Source: Macrostomum hystrix
Lineage: Eukaryota; Animalia; Platyhelminthes
Length of the DNA stretch: 64,000 nt
NCBI GenBank assembly: GCA_950097015.1
Contig: CATNEN010000024.1
Span: 1,674,001 to 1,738,000 of the forward strand
Direction: 5' to 3'
This document shows positions 1 through 11,773 of the stretch, piece after piece. The position numbers were made by a program, and so were the translations under genes. The notes beneath the pieces are model-generated. The model was not told where the DNA came from and searched no databases. It was given only the letters and a program-made list of their open reading frames with translations. How positions within the stretch are numbered: position 1 is the first letter of the stretch; each line of letters starts with the position of its first letter.

Positions 1-545
1 TCCCACGGTGTTCCGCAATCTTCCACGGTGTCCCACAATCTCCCACGGTGTTCCGCATTTTCCACGGTGTCCCACAATCTCCCACGGTGTTCCGCAATCT
101 CCCACGGTGTCCCACAATCTCCCACGGTGTCCCACAATCTTCCACGGTGTCCCACAATCTCCCACGGTGTCCCACAATCTTCCACGGTGTCCCACAATCT
201 CCCACGGTGTCCCACAATCTCCCACGGTGTCCCACAATCTCCCACGGTGTTCCACAATCTCCCACGGTGTCCCACAATCTCCCACGGTGTCCCACAATCT
301 CCCACGGTGTTCCGCAATCTCCCACGGTGTTCCGCAATCTTCCACGGTGTCCCACAATCTCCCACGGTGTTCCGCATTTTCCACGGTGTCCCACAATCTC
401 CCACGGTGTCCCACAATCTCCCACGGTGTTCCACAATCTCCCACGGTGTTCCACAATCTCCCACGGTGTCCCACAATCTTCCACGGTATCCCAAAATCTC
501 CCACGGTGTCCCACAATCTCCCACGGTGTCCCACAATCTTCCACG
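1..545. repeat. 20-bp minisatellite (TCCCACGGTGTCCCACAATC)n
   Basis: Direct reading; about 27 units; truncated by the window edge. Confidence 0.95.
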
Positions 546-551
546 GTATCC

Positions 552-3500
552 CTATCTGGCTTGATTCCCTAAATTCGCAATTAAATGTTTTTGTGCCTGA
601 GCAAAACAACTTATACCAAAAATCGTGTTCGTAAGGCCCAGCCATCTACACTCACTGCGGCAGCGCAACAAGCACAGTAGGCTGAGGTAGGCGGACCTAA
701 ACTGCCGATTGAAGAGGCCGTAGATGACGCAGTTAAGCGAAGAGTTCGAGTGGCACAGCAGCACCACAAACGCGTGCAGCTGCACCGGGAAGGCGTTGGC
801 AACGTCGGCCACCACAATCGTAGCGTAGGGGATCCAGCAGATGGCGAATGTGACAAACACGATGAAGAAGGTGCGCAGCATCGTCAGCTCGCGGCGCAGC
901 AGCCGCTGCCCAGTTGAAGCCGCGTTAACGATGCCAGTCGATGACGCCGCGCTCAGGCGCTGGCGAGATCTGCGCACGAACAGGTAGATGCGGGCGTAGC
1001 AGATGCCGATGACAGCCAGGGGGAGGTAGATGCCCAGCACGGCGAAGAACACGGTGTAGGAGAAGTCGGCCAGGCGATCGTAAGCGCAGACGAACTGCTT
1101 TTTGTCAAAGTTGAATGCACCCCAGCCTAGGAAATTCGGCGCCACTGCAGGTTCGGATGAGTTGGTGTGGGTTCAGGTTGAGCCTCTAAACAGCATTGTG
1201 TCTTTGAAAACCCGACTGTACTTTTGTCTTCAAATTCGAAGCTTAATTATGGGTAGATGTGAAGCTTAGGTATAATTACGAGCCAAGAACACGTGAAGTT
1301 TTTTTCGATTTGAAGCTTGTTGATGTAAAGCTTGAATTCTTGTAGATGTGAAGCTTGACTTCTTGTAGGTGTGAAGCTTGACTTCTTGTAGGTGTGAAGC
1401 TTGACTTCTTGTAGGTGTGAAGCTTGACTTCTTGTAGATGTGAAGCTTGACTTCTTGTAGGTGTGAAGCTTGACTTCTTGTAGGTGTGAAGCTTGACTTC
1501 TTGTAGGTGTGAAGCTTGACTTCTTGTAGATGTGAAGCTTGACTTCTTGTAGATGTGAAGCTTGACTTCTTGTAGGTGTGAAGCTTGACTTCTTGTAGAT
1601 GTGAAGCTTGACTTCTTGTAGATGTGAAGCTTGACTTCTTGTAGATGTGAAGCTTGACTTCTTGTAGGTGTGAAGCTTGACTTCTTGTAGATGTGAAGCT
1701 TGACTTCTTGTAGATGTGAAGCTTGACTTCTTGTAGATGTGAAGCTTGACTTCTTGTAGATGTGAAGCTTGACTTCTTGTAGATAAGGACTTAAGAGAAT
1801 CGTGAGTTGACGTAGATTTTGTTTGCAAAGAATAAAGTAAAGTTATATTTTTTGCTGACGTGATTAAGTATCGTAAATGCATATTAATAGAAGCTGTTGT
1901 TAATAATTTTCATCAGCCTTGCTAATACCGATGGTCTTCAGCATCACTCTCAGTCAGGTGGGCGTACCCGCAATTCCGCTGAACAGCCACAGCGCAAAGC
2001 ATGTCATCTTGGTGTTCAGGTTCGTGAACAGCCGCTTGTAGTACTCGTGACGGCAAATGCACACGTACCGGTTGAAAGCTATGGCGCCAATGTTGAGCAA
2101 TGAACAGAGGCAGGAGGTCAGGCAGAAGAACCCGATTGTCGAGCATAGGCCAGGCAAGGCTGTGAAGAATGTCTCGCCGTAGAAAACCCCTGTGGCATGA
2201 TTCAGTAATTTTTGTTTGTTAATAATCTCTAACATTTCCGCCACTATTCTACCAAGCCAGTCTTGCATTAAATCAATTGAAACGGACAAACTGTGTACCG
2301 ATTATTATAAAAGACCCTACCGACTATGTTCATGGGGATGACCATGCCGGTGACTGTGACGTCAGCAAAGGCGAGGTTAACAATGAACTTGTTGTTTGTG
2401 GCCGTTCGGAGCGCCTGAAAGCAAAATAGACTGGAAAATAATTTCAAAATTTTTGTAACAAGGCGTGAAAGACTCGTGGCAACGCACAATTTCATATTTT
2501 ATATTCTACATTTCACAAAATGTAAAAACAATTTGCAAGAACACTTTATAGAAATAAAATGTAATCTACTGACCTTATCTGTGAGAACGCTCGCAATGAC
2601 CAAGATGTTACCGAGAGTGCCCAAAACAGCTGAGGCGCACATCAGTATTACGTAAACTGTGGGACAGGTAGGTGATGTTTTTCCTGGAAGCTAGTGACAG
2701 TTAGCTAGTGACAGTTAGCTAGTGACAGTTAGCTATAGTGACAGTTAGCTAGTGACAGTTAGCTAGTGACAGTTAGCTAGTGACAGTTAGCTAGTGACAG
2801 TTAACAAGTGACAGTTAGCTAGTGACAGTTAGCTAGTGACAGTTAACAAGTGACAGTTAGCTAGTGGCAGTTAGCTATAGTGACAGTTAGCTAGTGACAG
2901 TTAGCTATAGTGACAGTTAGCTAGTGACAGTTAGCTAGTGACAGTTAGCTAGTGACAGTTAGCTAGTGACAGTTAACAAGTGACAGTTAGCTAGTGGCAG
3001 TTAACTAGTGACAGTTAGCTAGTGACAGTTAACTAGTGACAGTTAGCTAGTGACAGTTAACTAGTGACAGTTAGCTAGTGACAGTTAGCTAGTGACAGTT
3101 AGCTAGTGACAGTTAACTAGTGACAGTTAGCTAGTGACAGTTAACTAGTGACAGTTAGCTAGTGACAGTTAGCTAGTGACAGTTAGCTAGTGACAGTTAG
3201 CTAGTGACAGTTAACTAGTGACAGTTAGCTAGTGACAGTTAGCTAGTGACAGTTAACAAGTGACAGTTAGCTAGTGGCAGTTAACTAGTGACAGTTAGCT
3301 AGTGACAGTTAACTAGTGACAGTTAACTAGTGACAGTTAGCTAGTGACAGTTAGCTAGTGACAGTTAACTAGTGACAGTTAACTAGTGACAGTTAACTAG
3401 TGACAGTTAGCTAGTGACAGTTAGCTAGTGACAGTTAGCTAGTGACAGTTAACTAGTGACAGTTAGCTACTGACAGTTAGCTAGTGACAGTTAGCTAGTG

Positions 3501-3999
3501 ACAGTTAGCTAGTGACAGTTAGCTAGTGACAGTTAACTAGTGACAGTTAGCTAGTGACAGTTAGCTAGTGACAGTTAGCTAGTGACAGTTAACTAGTGAC
3601 AGTTAGCTAGTGACAGTTAGCTAGTGACAGTTAGCTAGTGACAGTTAGCTAGTGACAGTTAGCTAGTGACAGTTAACTAGTGACAGTTAGCTACTGACAG
3701 TTAGCTAGTGACAGTTAGCTAGTGACAGTTAGCTAGTGCAGCATCAGCCAGCTAGTGACAGTTAGCTAGTGCAGCATCAGCCAGCTAGTGGCAGTTAGCT
3801 AGTGCAGCATCAGCCAGCTAGTGACAGTTAGCTAGTGAGCTAAACAGAATTGAGATATCGAATTTAACTCACTGGGGTAGTGGGTCACAAACCACAGGCC
3901 ATCATGCGGTTGCTGTGATCCAGAAGTCACCGTCCCATTTAAATTACTTAGCTCATCATCTGACTCATGCTCCAGTCTGACGATGATTTGGAGATCCAT
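552..3999 (-). CDS. Melatonin-receptor-like class A GPCR, 5 coding exons (3999-3873, 2683-2574, 2414-2321, 2189-1968, 1144-552)
   Basis: GT-AG junctions join in frame (phases 1,0,1,1): MDLQIIV...HYP/RKTSPTCPTVYVILMCASAVLGTLGNILVI (TM1), NKFIVNLAFAD (TM2), FNRYVCIC (NRY plus CxxC-like motif as in melatonin receptors), WIPY (TM6), NSSLNCVIYGLFNRQFR (NxxIY variant of NPxxY, TM7). The C-terminal end could include a further exon. Confidence 0.85.
1325..1782. repeat. 23-bp minisatellite (GTGAAGCTTGACTTCTTGTAGAT)n, GPCR intron 4
   Basis: Direct reading; about 20 units. Confidence 0.95.
2688..3838. repeat. 14-bp minisatellite (GCTAGTGACAGTTA)n, GPCR intron 1
   Basis: Direct reading; roughly 75 units with variants, ending next to the exon 2 acceptor. 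Confidence 0.95.
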
Positions 4000-4334
4000 T
4001 TTTAATTAAAAATTGAGGTCAAATTCTAGCTATTAAGGCGGGTTTTCTTTGAGAAAATAATTTTTTCCTGGCTGTATTATATATTAAATTTATGCAATCT
4101 TCAACCGCCAATCAATTGCACCCAAAACAATATTGGCTGGCAGTGAGTGGGAGAAATCTGCGAATATTTAATGCATCTGTGATTGCTTTAAGGCAAGCAA
4201 GCGACACGCAAGCGATCGTGCGATCGAAAATTCGGCAACTTCAAACACTTTGCTAATTTATTTAAAAAAAATACAGGTGTTAGGGTAATTACTTTTTTAT
4301 TCGACAGAGACTAAAGACGAAAGCCTACGCGTAT

Positions 4335-4680
4335 AATAATATCAGGAGGTTTGAGGGCAGTGGCACTACATTTCGTGACAGTAGACCCGCAGCTAGCGAG
4401 GAGGCAATTCTGCCCATTTCACTGACTCCAAAGCACACACGCACACAGATAATGTACGCAGGCACACGCTCACACAGGTGTGTACATATGCACTGACTTT
4501 ATCATCGCCATGCACAGATATAAAGGTGTCTGTTCGCTTTCACTGTGCCTTTGACGTTGGCCCTCGACGTGGCCCTTTGTGGTAAAGTGCACCCCAAATG
4601 AATGCGGCCTGGCCGTGGAATCGAGCTCAGGGACCCTTTGGTGCGAGAGGCAAACGGGTTAACTATCCCATCCGACCCAG
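4335..4680 (-). mobile_element. SINE-like family 1, copy with tRNA-like head and (ATT)n-type tail
   Basis: The minus strand has a head with B-box-like GCTCGATTCC (about 4615-4625), a body shared with 21610-21885 and 35236-35505, and a short TATTAT tail. Confidence 0.65.
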
Positions 4681-6359
4681 TTGGGGCACGTGTGCTCAGT
4701 TATTATTAATTTCGGTTTGATGTTTGCAATCGGGGAATCTGCCCTTTCGTTAAAAGGTTCAGTAACCAGTTTGACACCTACGTGTACATGCATTTAATGA
4801 CGAAATCCATATGTACCTGGATATTGGAAGCTCTCTTGGTTAATCATTTTTAGTTTTGATTTGTCAGCTAAAAGTCAAATGAATTTATAATTTGTACAGT
4901 GATTTGTAAATAGGATAGATTGACAATATCAATTGACAATTGATAAATTAAAACTGACAGTCTTCTATTCAGAATGTCACCAAATTTTCTGACACAAAGT
5001 CTCGCGCAGATGAAGACATATTCAAAAGTGCTATCCTTGATATGAACAATAAATAGTAACTCACAGGTAATTCGTTGTGACACTTTGTTTTGATTTGTGG
5101 CTTATAAACTAGAATAAGGTCACAATTTTTATCAAGCTAACAGTGTTAATGTTACTGAGCTCGTTTTGCAGTTGGGGCAACTCACACTGTAGAAGTCTAA
5201 TTTTCTTAACGCGCGGGGGTATTTCAAATACCCACTGCCCACCTACCGATACTTCCCAAACCGAATGACCAACTTTCGTGAGAGTCCACTCTATGGATCG
5301 AAATTCTCTGCCCTTTACGATGAACTGGCTTTCAAAGCCTTCCGACTTCGGCATCATCGATATATTTAGTGGTTCTTGTCGAAGAATGGTTGAATGTCTC
5401 GCCGATGCCGATGTTTTGTGATTCTGGAAGTTGTTTCATCGGATAAATCGCCAATTTCATTGCGACTGGGTAAATACTTAAAGAAATACAGAAAAAAGAA
5501 ACATCGGAAAAATGAGAAATGCCCCCCGTGGTCTTTCTAGTGTTTTCCTTCTACACTAACAGGGGGTTGAAAACAAAAAACTAATTAAAATGCTTGTTGA
5601 AACGCTACAGGTGCAAAGCCTACTGCTCCGGAAGCTAATCAACCGCGCTCACGTTGACCTCTCATTTAAAGGGCCCTCATCAGCACATGCTGCCTGGTGA
5701 AACAAAAATATTCGCCTTGAGAAGTCACGAATTGGTCAATAAATGCAGCAAGTTGACCTGAAGCTGAATATTAACCCCGGATTTGAAATCAGTGCGAATG
5801 TAGTTAATGACAATGCCAACATTGAAACCATCATAAGAAGGCCCGAATTGATTTAAATTAACATGCAAACTGATTGTACTTTTGCATATTCTGAAGCGCA
5901 CGATTTACCGCTCCCCCTTTTCTATGCTTTCGTGTGGCCGGCGAGTTGTATTTTTTTATTTATACTAATTTAGACTCCCATTAGGTTACGAGACCCTATG
6001 TACAGTAGTTATAATAAATCAACTAAAAAATGCTTGCTAGCAATACCAGGTTGTTAAGATAACATACGCTCGTAAAGATTAGGAACTTTTGTCTATATTT
6101 TCTAATCAAAATAAGAACTACTTGAAACAATACAAACAATGGTAAAGCATTCATAAATTCAGACCCGAAGTCTTTACTTATACTACTGTACACTAAAAGC
6201 ATGCAAATTGGCGGCTGCGATAGGTAAGTTAAAACGCAAAAAGCACATATTTCGCTAGTGAATGTGCAGCACATACTACTTTCAATGGAAGAAATCTAAT
6301 CAGGGCCACTGTGAAGGGCTACGGTGAAATCATTTGAGAATCTAGTAGGCGGAAAGGCG

Positions 6360-7070
6360 TCAATTCGAAGTGTTTCTACGTTGTCTCTCGGCGGCCTGCT
6401 TGAAAAACTCAGCCACTCGCAGCTCAGGTTTGAGCAGCTGCTCTAGCAGGTCCGGAATGCAGCTGCGCACAGCGCTGGGCCTCAGGCTCAGGTAAAATGG
6501 AAAAGGATGCCCCACTACCTCCAGGGTGGAGAAGTGTCCGGTCTCCTCCGTGAACACCAGATGGTCGCGATGGATGGCCAGGTCGCGCCGCCTGCCCCAG
6601 AAGCTGACGTGGGCCAGGTAGACAATGCCCGAGTCGCGCCCGTCGATGGACAATTCGCCGACAATCCGACGGAGCAGCAGTGAGGTGCCCATGAGGACGC
6701 CGAGACTCACGGCACATACTGGCAATAGGTATTTGAAGGCCAGCGATGTATCATAGCCGAATAGCCAAGTGAATCCGTTAAAAGCAGATAGCAGAACAAC
6801 TGTGCCAGTCTGTACAACTTTGAAGCTGGAGATGAAATTAACTGGCAAGATGTACTTATACCTATAGACAATGCGCCGATTTGAGTAAATTGGGTTCTTT
6901 AAAATGTCAGGCACAATCGTGAACCCTGTTGATAGCAGTTGCTCACTGCTTATTTGATGTGTTTGCTGCTGCTGACTGGTTGACTTGTTGCTGGCTAGGC
7001 GAATCTGGATAGCACCTGTCCAGCATGGCTTCAATTGGCCTAGCAGGCGTGACAGCTGTTTGCAGTGCAA
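6360..7070 (-). CDS. TMEM186: Transmembrane protein 186 (mitochondrial inner membrane) homolog; single coding exon whose ORF starts at TTG after a splice acceptor
   Basis: 236-codon ORF with an Arg/Leu/Ser-rich presequence-like N-terminus, the motif VYRYKYILPVNFISSFKVVQT, two hydrophobic segments and YLAHVSFWGRRRD, all resembling TMEM186/TMEM70-type proteins from memory. Initiator codon unresolved. Confidence 0.75.
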   Translation of the reverse strand: MHCKQLSRLLGQLKPCWTGAIQIRLASNKSTSQQQQTHQISSEQLLSTGFTIVPDILKNPIYSNRRIVYRYKYILPVNFISSFKVVQTGTVVLLSAFNGFTWLFGYDTSLAFKYLLPVCAVSLGVLMGTSLLLRRIVGELSIDGRDSGIVYLAHVSFWGRRRDLAIHRDHLVFTEETGHFSTLEVVGHPFPFYLSLRPSAVRSCIPDLLEQLLKPELRVAEFFKQAAERQRRNTSN

Positions 7071-9625
7071 CTGAAATCAATTTGTGATCAGGAATTTTTA
7101 TAATTAATAGACTTACTTTAAAATTGTATTAATTTGACAGATTTTAAGAGAAACTCAAACCCAAGCCTCACAAAATTAGAAACAGTGTCTAATTTAAATT
7201 AACTACATGCCCTATATTACATAAAGATTATTAACAATACTAGCCATAGCTAGGCCTAGTGTTTGCAGGTACCATCATTTTTTTACATTTGAAATGAGCC
7301 ACAAGCCTAGCTATGTATTTGTGGCTTCACTTGTAGTTAGCCTAGCACTTACTTTGCACACATTATCCATTACCAAAATGGGCTGCTCCCAAACTTTGAG
7401 TGCGCTGCCTAACATAGGGCTTAGAATAGTTCTAAGAATCAAGTTTGTAAAGTCCTAGGTCTATAAATCAGTGGCTATAGGCCTAAGGGTTTCAAGAGTG
7501 CTAAAATTGTAGCTGGGTACTTTATGTAATTTATAAAACATAAAAATTATACTTTAAGCCTCAATAAGCCTTAATTTAAATCATAAACATAGTCACCTAA
7601 CTAGTAATATAAATGTTAGTGTTAGGCCCTACTTACTTATAATAGGACTACTACAATACTTAATGTGTAGCTAGGCCAGGCTTAAAATAGCTAGGCCTAC
7701 AGTTAGCAATATAGGCCTAGGGCTAGGCACTGTTATGCTTTAACTATAGGCCTACTTCTGAATATTTCTATAGGCTGCAGCCCACAATGTGCTGTTTGTG
7801 AGTTGTATAGAAAAAATATAGAAAGCTATAATATATAGGCATAGCTTTATATTTATACATAGGCCTATACTAGTAAGCATAATATTATAGCACTAGAATT
7901 GTTATGCTAAGTATTCCCAGTATGGAATAGAATATATAGACTCTGAAATAGCTATGAAACTACAAACCTAACCAGGCTAGCCCTACTAAACTTATCAAAT
8001 TTTACTTGACACAGGCTTGCCTAAACAGGAAAAATTGTTTGGTATAGCCAAAGGCCTAGTTAACTTCTACCTTTTGCCAGCCATAGGTCTCGCAAAGGGC
8101 TAAGAATAGATTTAGGAATCTAGTTTTAAATCAGTAGGTTCATAAATCAGTGGCTATATGGGTTTTTTAAAGTGCTAAGTTAAAAAAATACAACTATTTT
8201 GTTCCACCTACAACTGGTTATGACCTCTATCACACCACGTGTATCAAACCTATATCACTATCACAGAAGATACTTAGCGGCACATGGGGATTCATGTTTT
8301 TGGGTAGGTAGGCCTATGTTATTCATGGCTGAATAATAAGGCGGGCCTAAAGCTTTCGTGGGTACGTACCGCAAAAAAATATATAGAAATCTGACACCAT
8401 GACGATTAATATTAAGACACATTAATATTACTTTAATTAAGTGACCTAAACAGTTTCATGGTAATTGGTGTTAGTAGTAGGTTGGTTTTTGTACTTAACT
8501 TTGCAAAAAGACCTCATTAGAGTGAATCGAAGTCGCCGGCCGTCATTGTTTCCGGCGTTGATTGTAAGAAGTATAACAACAAGAAATTGTTTTCTTCCAT
8601 GAAAATATCCAAAATAGTTATTTTACGTTATGAATATCAGAAAAAATTAAATAAAAATTATTTGCTAATGCTTTGCTTATATGTTATTATAACAACTGCT
8701 TCTACTAAAGAAGCATTCTTTTAAATGCTTTACAAATTTCGTGGTTTTATAAGAAACAAATTGTTGTTACTTTAGCATTATATCTACTAGAGATAAAAAA
8801 GCAAATGAAGGCCCATGGCTTAAGGATTCAGCGAGCAGTTAAAACTATATTTAAACTAATTATTTTATATCGAACGATTTTAACGGCAGGCTCAGAAAAT
8901 TTTTATCGAAAAAATGTTGGAAAATGTTTTATAAACGTGTTTATAAAAATCATCAAATTGTTTTATCTTGACTTGCTCGCTAGCTGTTTATGTCAGTCAA
9001 TCAGTAATCTCTACCGAATATAGTTATTCTGCACATAGTTCAATGTAATTCAAAAACATAATGCTTACAATATTATATATTATATTATATATTATATACT
9101 AAATATATATCCAGCAGCCAGGAGTATATGTATATTAATATATTGGTATATATTGCTTAGTATTTAATGGATATATAGAAAATAAGATTAAAAGGAAAAT
9201 ATAATATATATTTATAGCTATATATGTGTATATACATATGTATATATACAGCTATATGTATAGCTGTACTTGACACTATATATATATACTATATATATAT
9301 ATAGTATATATATATATATATATATAAGAACTGGTAATATAAATTAATACATATATATATATATATTAATTAATGTATATATTAGTTAATATATATATAT
9401 AGTATATAGATTCATATATGCTTTTCTATCTATGCATCAGACTATTTTACACTTTAATGTTTGGATATAAAAGGAAACTAATTTAATAGTTGAATGGCTT
9501 TGAAGGCCATTCAAACTTTAGAATTATAGTTGCACTTGTAGCTTTAACACAAACTTTTTTCCTAAGTGTGCAGAGTGAACAAATGAAAGATTCACACAAA
9601 TAACATTTTAACAAAATAATTCAGC
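7071..9625. promoter_or_regulatory. Head-to-head intergenic region of TMEM186 and TPGS1 (likely bidirectional promoter plus 5' UTR introns)
   Basis: Divergent gene orientation; AT-rich with a small CpG-containing patch near 8520-8560; acceptors immediately precede both ORFs (ttcag|TTG at 7071 on the - strand; ttcag|cATG at about 9625 on the + strand). Confidence 0.45.
9225..9415. repeat. (TA)n-rich palindromic low-complexity tract
   Basis: Includes the near-perfect palindrome tatatatatactatatatatatatagtatatatata. Confidence 0.85.
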
Positions 9626-10468
9626 ATGTCTGATCAGCAACAGCAGCAGCATCCATCAGCTCCAGTCAGTGCTGGCGAATCTGACAAAGTCTTCCTAGCC
9701 AGACACGGCGTGCCTGGTCTAATAAAGGATGTCCTGGGCCGTCTGGGCGCTCAACAGCCAGCCGATCCGCTGGCTTTCTTGGCCGACTTTTTTGCCACCA
9801 CCGAGGGTCGCCGGGCCGACCTGGAGCAGGCTCGGGCCTGCCTGACTCAGGCCAGCTGGCAAAGCCCTGCCTACCTGTTCGCTGTTAAAGAATCATTTGA
9901 CTGTTTGCGAAAGATGCAACGCGATGAGTGTAGAATTCACGCCGTCTGCGGCCTGCACTGCACCCAGCTGTTGGAGCTGCTGCTGCGCGACGCTCCGCCT
10001 GGCGGCTCCGGCGTACTTCTTCAACGCCTCCGCCTGCGGCCTCAAGCGGCGGTGCAGTTTGGCCGGTTCTACTCGGTTGTTATGACCGCCCTGGCCTTCA
10101 AAGCCTACCTGGCCGACTGTGCCGCTCTGTACGCCGACGCTGAAGTTGTGGCCAGCTGCTTGAAGCCCGGCAGCGGTAATCGAGCCGCCTGTGCCTGCCT
10201 GCTGCAGCTGCTGGATTCCATTGTTGCCGATGAAGCTTCCTCAACTGCTTCTAGTGGCGGCGTTGGCGGCGTTTTCAGCCGCGTTGATGGCCTATCGCCG
10301 AAGGCTCTGCAGGAAGCCCTGGCCAATGCTCGACCGCCGCCTCCGCCGCCCTCCGCAGTCGGCAGCAGGCCGGCAGCGACACGGCAGACGCCCGCTCAGG
10401 GCCCGATGCCATTGGCGGACTTTCTGGCGGAGGCTGCCGGAGTGTTTGTTCGCAGGCTGCTGAATTAG
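9626..10468 (+). CDS. TPGS1: Tubulin polyglutamylase complex subunit 1 (PGs1) homolog, single coding exon, 280 aa
   Basis: GC-rich ORF from ATG to TAG. N-terminal RIIa-like segment FLARHGVPGLIKDVLGRLGAQQPADPLAFLADFF and downstream helices resemble vertebrate TPGS1 ([34 protein letters not shown], recalled). Confidence 0.8.
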   Translation: MSDQQQQQHPSAPVSAGESDKVFLARHGVPGLIKDVLGRLGAQQPADPLAFLADFFATTEGRRADLEQARACLTQASWQSPAYLFAVKESFDCLRKMQRDECRIHAVCGLHCTQLLELLLRDAPPGGSGVLLQRLRLRPQAAVQFGRFYSVVMTALAFKAYLADCAALYADAEVVASCLKPGSGNRAACACLLQLLDSIVADEASSTASSGGVGGVFSRVDGLSPKALQEALANARPPPPPPSAVGSRPAATRQTPAQGPMPLADFLAEAAGVFVRRLLN

Positions 10469-10567
10469 CAGCTCAGGCGGTTCTCATTGGCGGGACATGC
10501 TTCATAGCCAGTACGGGGGCGTTCTAGTCTATGGCTCATTCTCTCATTTGTGCACGAATTTCTGCAG

Positions 10568-10615
10568 GATTGGGCCAGATGTGAAGCCGACAGCACAGCC
10601 GAGGTAGCCGACGGT
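10568..10615 (-). mobile_element. SINE-like family 2, 3' fragment
   Basis: attgggccagatgtgaagccgacagcacagccg matches 62817-62850 with 2-3 mismatches. Confidence 0.5.
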
Positions 10616-10994
10616 CCAGGTGTTGCGTTCAGATGTCCGTTTAATTAGTATATTTGCTTTGTCGTACTTAGTCTATTTTATTAAGAATCGGATCGCATTG
10701 ATACGAGTTTTACATTAATGTTGGTGTACTTTTTGTGCTATAAAGACTACTTGTTAAAAGTTCCGTCCTAAAAATTTCTGTGACATTTTCAATTGTCTAA
10801 TATATTCTAAATGCTTAATTGCTCATTCCTAAAAGATTTCTATTTTTTTAAATACCACAATATTTTTCACTTCCCAAGCTTGCTGTGTTCACTTACTGTT
10901 AAAAAAATAAATTCGCTGCCGTTTATGCTTTTGTGACTTTCTTACAAGTTGAAAGCGTCACTTTATTTTTCAAAAAGGCTTTAATAAACTTTCA

Positions 10995-11773
10995 GTTCCA
11001 TCAATCTCACGTTCTGTTTTGCTGTAAGTTTCATCAATCTCATGTTCTGCTTTGCTGTCAGTTCCATCAATCTTATGTTCTGTTTTGCTGTAAGTTTCAT
11101 CAATCTCATGTTCTGCTTTGCTGTCAGTTCCATCAATCTCACGTTCTGTTTTGCTGTAAGTTTCATCAATCTCATGTTCTGTTTTGCTGTAAGTTCCATC
11201 AATCTCATGTTCTGTTTTGCTGTAAGTTTCATCAATCTCATGTTCTGCTTTGCTGTCAGTTCCATCAATCTCACGTTCTGTTTTGCTGTAAGTTTCATCA
11301 ATCTCATGTTCTGCTTTGCTGTCAGTTCCATCAATCTTATGTTCTGTTTTTCTGTAAGTTTCATCAATCTCATGTTCTGTTTTGCTGTCAGTTGCATCAA
11401 TCTCATGTTCTGTTTTGCTGTCAGTTGCATCAATCTCATGTTCTGTTTTGCTGTCAGTTTCATCAATCTCATGTTCTGTTTTGCTGTAAGTTTCATCAAT
11501 CTCATGTTCTGTTTTGCTGTCAGTTGCATCAATCTCATGTTCTGTTTTGCTGTCAGTTGCATCAATCTCATGTTCTGCTTTGCTGTCAGTTCCATCAATC
11601 TCATGTTCTGTTTTGCTGTAAGTTTCATCAATCTCATGTTCTGTTTTGCTGTCAGTTGCATCAATCTCATGTTCTGTTTTGCTGTCAGTTGCATCAATCT
11701 CATGTTCTGTTTTGCTGTCAGTTTCATCAATCTCATGTTCTGTTTTGCTGTAAGTTTCATCAATCTCATGTTC
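10995..11773. repeat. 33-bp minisatellite (CATCAATCTCATGTTCTGTTTTGCTGTAAGTTT)n
   Basis: About 23 units; source of the ORFs 10933-11871, 10981-11832 and 11042-11779. Confidence 0.95.

Noticed and set aside
8-634. Long ORFs over the 20-bp array, and similar ORFs at 1247-1882, 12665-14281, 16343-17656, 27744-28231, 28720-29499, 32029-33363, 35927-36476, 42528-43458, 46930-47728, 49613-50023 and 57912-58514
   Set aside because: They are translations of stop-free tandem repeat units, often open in several frames and on both strands, and most lie inside introns of well-supported genes.
5109-5357. 82-aa ORF as a retrotransposon fragment
   Set aside because: No RT, RNase H or integrase motif is recognisable.
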